A stretch of 64,000 nucleotides of DNA from an uncultured bacterium (GTDB lineage Bacteria > Babelota > Babeliae > Babelales > Babelaceae), in assembly GCA_963713855.1 (NCBI GenBank), contig OY970209.1:1408001-1472000 (forward strand). Direction: 5' to 3'. Positions 60,124 to 64,000 of the stretch are shown here, piece by piece. The position numbers and the translations under genes were made by a program. Positions within the stretch are counted from its first letter, which is position 1; every line of letters starts with the position of its first letter. The notes below the pieces were generated by a model. That model had not been told where the DNA came from, made no database searches, and saw only the letters and a program-made list of their open reading frames with translations.

Positions 60124-60696
60124 TCATTGAGCTTTTTGAAGGAGCTCTAATATCTGCACCGTTTTTTGAAGTTCGTTCATGGTTTCTTCTTTTGTTAATT
60201 TCAAACCTAAGAGGTTATCAGAGTTCGCTTTTATTAACTCTAATAAGCCAGTTGCTATTCCTACTATTAACGCTAAAGCTCCGATACCCGTCAGTGCGTA
60301 GGTATATCTCGAATCACATTGAACCGGACGCCCTGTCAAGCGCGGAATTTGCTTATATATCAAATAAATACTTAATGGAATGAGGGCTGCGCCTCCAAAT
60401 GCATTGTAGAGATTAACCTGCTCTTGCTCTTCATCTTCTAGCTCGATTTTCAAGCTTTCTATCTCTTCAAGAGCTAAAGCAGAAAGAATGCGCCGTTCCT
60501 TCTTAGCAAGTGATCCGTGCTGATACAGCAGATGACTAACAGACTCTGGGTCATGCTGCTCGACAGCTCTTTCAATGTCTTTAAGAGATATAGCAGGGCT
60601 AGAAGCCTTAAAGTGAAAACAGCCAAAGAACAGTGCCATGTATGCAAATAGCGCTATAACATTTTCATTTTTAATCATGAATGCTCCATCAAACAT
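60124..60696 (-). CDS. Hypothetical membrane protein (hydrophobic hairpin between helical regions)
   Basis: Signal-like N-terminus, two TM segments. Start may be 60678. Confidence 0.65.
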   Translation of the reverse strand: MFDGAFMIKNENVIALFAYMALFFGCFHFKASSPAISLKDIERAVEQHDPESVSHLLYQHGSLAKKERRILSALALEEIESLKIELEDEEQEQVNLYNAFGGAALIPLSIYLIYKQIPRLTGRPVQCDSRYTYALTGIGALALIVGIATGLLELIKANSDNLLGLKLTKEETMNELQKTVQILELLQKAQ

Positions 60697-61380
60697 GCTT
60701 TAGGCCTAAGATCATACTAAACGTATGTTAACATAAATTCTAATATTGAAAAAAAATAGCACTTTAGCAATAAAAAGGTCAAGCTTGAGCAGGCCGAAAA
60801 CAATTGAATGAGAAAAGACATAGAGAGCCTTGAACAAGTCATGCTTAAAGTAGCCTAATACTTTGAAATGAGGCGCCTAGAATATAAGCAATTATTCTAA
60901 AATATAGTTAAAAAATAGCTTATTTATCCATAGATAGTCAAAGAGTTTCGAACTCTGACTCGCAAGAGAAAGTTTCAAAGAGCATACTAGTGCTGTACTT
61001 GAAAACAAGCATAATCTTTACTCCAAAGAGCTCAAGGAACTGCCAGCAGCTGATCAGATTATTAAATTACCGCAGGAAATTGCGTAATGTATAGCAAAGA
61101 CTCTAATTCTGCCACCCTCGGCGGAAGTTTTTTTTCTAAAGCGATCTTGCATGATTGGGATGATAAGCGTGCTTTTTAATTCTGGGAATGTATCAGTGCG
61201 ATGCAACTTCAATCAATTTTGTATATCATCGAATCGATATTTGATCATTGTGAAGATGAAAGAAAAATGGGTGATGAAGAGCGCAATAAATTGGCTCGCT
61301 CCCGCAATATTGACATTATTTTGAGATTTTAGTTATTATTTTAATGTCGGTAGATAATTTAATAATAAAGGAGATAGAGC

Positions 61381-61752
61381 ATGAAGAAAACATTACTACT
61401 GATACTTTTAGTGTCATATACCCATATAAGTAACACCAGCACGACTAAGCAAGAGTGCTCACAAGGTCAGTCCTATGATGCAGTAGCCAATGTATGCTGC
61501 GATAATAATCTTTTTAGCGCAGCAAGCAAGCGTTGTTGCCCAAGTGGATATGCTCCGACATCGAATAAAGGTGGTGGTCTTATGCTATCGCCTTGGAGTC
61601 CGAAATTTCTTCCTGATTCAGATAAGATTTGTTGTCCTTTAGGCAGCCAAGCCGTTCCTGTTGGGGGAGGGAAATATTACAAATTCGTTTGTTGTGCTAA
61701 GCGAACCGAGGATTTTCCTTGTCAAGTAAAAAAAACAAATCCTCCGGTATAA
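61381..61752 (+). CDS. Short exported CC-repeat protein related to 26810..27859
   Basis: Signal peptide, AAGGAG RBS, four CC pairs, shared CCPLGS. Confidence 0.8.
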   Translation: MKKTLLLILLVSYTHISNTSTTKQECSQGQSYDAVANVCCDNNLFSAASKRCCPSGYAPTSNKGGGLMLSPWSPKFLPDSDKICCPLGSQAVPVGGGKYYKFVCCAKRTEDFPCQVKKTNPPV

Positions 61753-61887
61753 ACCTGCCTATTTAAGCAAGCTTTTTCTAATAGAGGCATCCTGACAACG
61801 CTAATACAAGATTGATAGGAATAAGTGGATTGCTGTTTTCATGCATTGCAAAAAGCTTGTATAAGCTACAACTCGTTGGCGCATTAA

Positions 61888-62192
61888 GATAGGTTTTACC
61901 AGACTATTCGAGATCAGACCATTGGCGTTAATATCCAGCTCGAGCAACTCCAAGAGGACCAAGATAATTATTACGTTACAGCAAAATGCCTTCTGGGTTT
62001 AGCTAATCGAGCATTTGAACTTTTTACAAGTTCTGAAATTGAAGAAAAGCGACAGGTTATGAAACTTGTACTATCGAACGTCGAGATGGCCGGAAAAGCG
62101 CTCTACGACGTTCAACCGCCATTTGATATGATCCTAAAATGTTCGGATCGTCAACTATGGCGTACCTAAGAGACTTATTCAGGAACAGAGAA
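61888..62192 (+). pseudogene. 3-prime remnant of a large serine recombinase
   Basis: Start-less open frame DRFYQTIRDQ...LQEDQDNYYVTAK.LL.LANRAFELF.SSEIEEKRQVMKLVLSN...PFDMILKCSDRQLWR, recognised from memory as a recombinase C-terminus. Confidence 0.7.
62158..62192 (+). repeat. Imperfect direct repeat copy 1 (att-like)
   Basis: TGGCG-TACCTAAGAGACTTATTCAGGAACAGAGAA; 27 of 36 columns match copy 2, with one gap. Confidence 0.6.
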
Positions 62193-62277
62193 ACAAACTA
62201 GACACATTTTCACGTGCTTTAAGAATAGCTACGTGAAACACTAACCAAAAATACCTGCTCTTTCAAAGCTTATGCTG

Positions 62278-62559
62278 CTACTTCATTTCTCTGAACATTT
62301 TTAAATGCTTATTTTCGTCATTCATAAACACTTTCAGTTGACTCATATTGTAGCCATATCGCTCAAAAAGACCTCGAAGCTCAAGCAAGTCTAGCTTGGG
62401 TATATTTTTTGATACGACATACACGTATACCTCTTTCCCAATTCCCTTACATCCTATTACAGATTTAATCTTTTTAAGCCACTCAAACATTGCATCTTCA
62501 TCATATTGAGGAGAATAAAAGGTGAGCGGAGTTAATATAAGAGTAACTTGATCATTCAT
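62278..62559 (-). CDS. Putative immunity protein of the upstream Hint toxin
   Basis: Intact 93 aa ORF starting 7 bp after the reconstructed toxin stop; no signal peptide. Confidence 0.7.
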   Translation of the reverse strand: MNDQVTLILTPLTFYSPQYDEDAMFEWLKKIKSVIGCKGIGKEVYVYVVSKNIPKLDLLELRGLFERYGYNMSQLKVFMNDENKHLKMFREMK

Positions 62560-62566
62560 AATTTTT

Positions 62567-63450
62567 CTATTTAGTAGGAGGTCTAGTTTTTCCGCCGGGA
62601 TAGATATTATTTACACGATCTCCATCGGGATTTACAATATCCAATGTGGACCGGCATGACCATAAGGACCGCTTGGTACCCAATAGTTGCCATCTTTATC
62701 TGGCCAACCATGCTGATCAGTTTCGGGATGAGGCTGCTTTTTCCCATCAGAATTTTTGGGAGGAATATATCCATCTTTTTCACCAGGCTTATCAGGAATG
62801 GAAAGGTCATAAAGACGGTTGAACTCTTCCTAATTTGCAGTTCTTCCTGATGCACCAAACAACTTTTTAAAAGCTCCATTTACAAAGAATTTTGAAGCTA
62901 TTCCACCTAAAGTAGCGAGAACTCCCATTCCTACGGCATTCCAGCCAACAAAAGCTAAACCTTGGCCTGCTCCCCATGCAAAAAGCGGTATTATATTATG
63001 CACTAATATATCTTCTCTTGATACACAGAAATTATGATACTCCTCTACGGTAAGATCATAAGCAATATCATGAGTAACTATTTCTAAGATATGACCAACT
63101 TTAACGAACTCTAAGCAATTTTTTAAAAGTGAATGGCCTACTTTGAGCTCTTCTGCTTTTACCCACTTTCCTTCTAAAGGGAGATAAAATATGTGATCAT
63201 CTGCTACAACTATTTCCTCGCCATTAACAACAACGCGAAAAAAACGTGAAGCTCCTTTATGTTCTATATGCGTAACACTTCTCTCAATACAAGAGCCCTT
63301 AAAATCAAAACAAATGACTTTATCACCTTCTTTAAGCTCTTCTATTGGTATGTAGCCATTTGAGACTTTAACTAAAGTTCCACTTAAAAACCCTTCTCCT
63401 CGAGCAACGTTTATCGCCAAGAAACATATAAGTATTAAGATTCTTTTCAT
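62567..63450 (-). pseudogene. Polymorphic toxin: signal peptide, Hint domain, hydrophobic segment and Ntox37-like tip, inactivated
   Basis: GF.SGTLV, IEELK.GD.V, DH.FY, YDLTVEEYHNF.V...ILVHN. Reading through TAG (62830-62832) gives GWPDKDGNYWVP...GHAGPHW; a frameshift near 62640 gives (D)IVNPDG...NIYPGGKTR. Confidence 0.85.
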
Positions 63451-63613
63451 GCTTTTTCTCTTTAGATATTTCTAACGTACAATCAAATCTGCTTCAGTGT
63501 AGAATGAACTTTAATAAAGTCAACGGTGTGTTTGCTTGCAAGACAGTTGCTGTTAACAAGAAAGAAAACATAAATCAGGGCTGCGGTTAGAAAATGATGA
63601 GCTTAAAATTATT

Positions 63614-63641
63614 GAGGTTTTTAAAGCGGCTTAAAAACCTC
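63614..63641. terminator. AT-rich hairpin, possible terminator
   Basis: GAGGTTTTTAA-AGCGGC-TTAAAAACCTC. Confidence 0.45.
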
Positions 63642-63678
63642 TACCAAGACAGTATAGATAATACCAGCCTTTAAGTGC

Positions 63679-63714
63679 TGGCGGCACCTAAGCGACGCAT
63701 TCGGAAATAGAGAG
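63679..63714 (+). repeat. Imperfect direct repeat copy 2 (att-like)
   Basis: TGGCGGCACCTAAGCGACGCATTCGGAAATAGAGAG; translates WRHLSDAFGNRE. Confidence 0.6.
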
Positions 63715-63763
63715 ATTAAACCAAACTTACTTTTTAAAATAGGAGATCTCTTTAATTTCTTAC

Positions 63764-64000
63764 TCAATAAGTAATGGCAATAGTTTTGTCTTTACAATTT
63801 ATATGCACCAGCCCACCATTAGGAACAACTATTTGCGGGTCTGTATGACCAAAATTCAGATTAAAAACAACAGGAAGATTAGCGTTGTAATCCTGCAAAG
63901 CTTGCTGAATTGCTTCTCTCTGATTTGTTACATAGTGCCCTCTACCTTCAGGCGGCAACATATGCATAAACTGCGTCTTTGGTAACCCAACTAAGATAGC
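63764..64000 (-). CDS. S66 family LD-carboxypeptidase/MccF-like peptidase, C-terminal part (runs off the window)
   Basis: PVVFNLNFGHTDPQ.V.P.G catalytic His motif. Confidence 0.85.
   Translation of the reverse strand, partial: AILVGLPKTQFMHMLPPEGRGHYVTNQREAIQQALQDYNANLPVVFNLNFGHTDPQIVVPNGGLVHINCKDKTIAITY

Noticed and set aside
8080..61205. Recurring GCGAT/ATCGC pentamer in intergenic regions, clustered near 11840-11870
   Set aside because: Only five bases with no fixed position, and my rough count is not clearly above chance; needs a formal enrichment test.
62158..62170. TGGCGTACC as the reverse complement of a tRNA 3-prime end
   Set aside because: No recognisable T-arm (TTCGAA) follows, so a tRNA cannot be supported.
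921..63985. Many short ORFs antisense to or nested in longer genes (for example 3161..3658, 20987..21388, 34033..34362, 62607..62879)
   Set aside because: They shadow better-supported genes and lack an RBS or recognisable motifs.
1..64000. CRISPR array, tRNA, rRNA, reverse transcriptase or intact transposase
   Set aside because: No repeat-spacer pattern, cloverleaf or diagnostic motif seen; the repeats found are coding or single hairpins.

Overview
This is a gene-dense accessory region from an AT-rich bacterium, with no rRNA, tRNA or CRISPR array that I can support. It holds many signal-peptide proteins with eukaryote-like domains, ankyrin proteins, a Legionella-type porin and a Hint-domain toxin. 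This content suggests an intracellular parasite of protists, possibly Dependentiae/Babeliales (inference, no database search). Most genes encode a predicted secretome: six paralogous beta-propellers, three cyanovirin-like proteins, two CC-repeat proteins, three COLGALT1-like glycosyltransferases, two J-domain proteins, ankyrin proteins (one ending in an F-box-like motif), HEXXH peptidases and a barnase/barstar-type pair. The most unusual signals are four. (1) A gap-free 24-residue motif, YNxLR-x13-[IM]Dxx[WF][LV], occurs five times across two otherwise dissimilar exported proteins about 50 kb apart. (2) Five effector-like proteins share a Met-Glu start directly after the signal peptide. (3) The propellers carry eukaryote-style membrane anchors. 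(4) A decayed Hint-Ntox37-like toxin with an intact putative immunity gene is bracketed by two imperfect 35-36 bp repeats beside a serine recombinase remnant. Several broken genes not resolved by the ORF track were reconstructed by reading other frames. All family calls are from motif recognition and need HMM confirmation.
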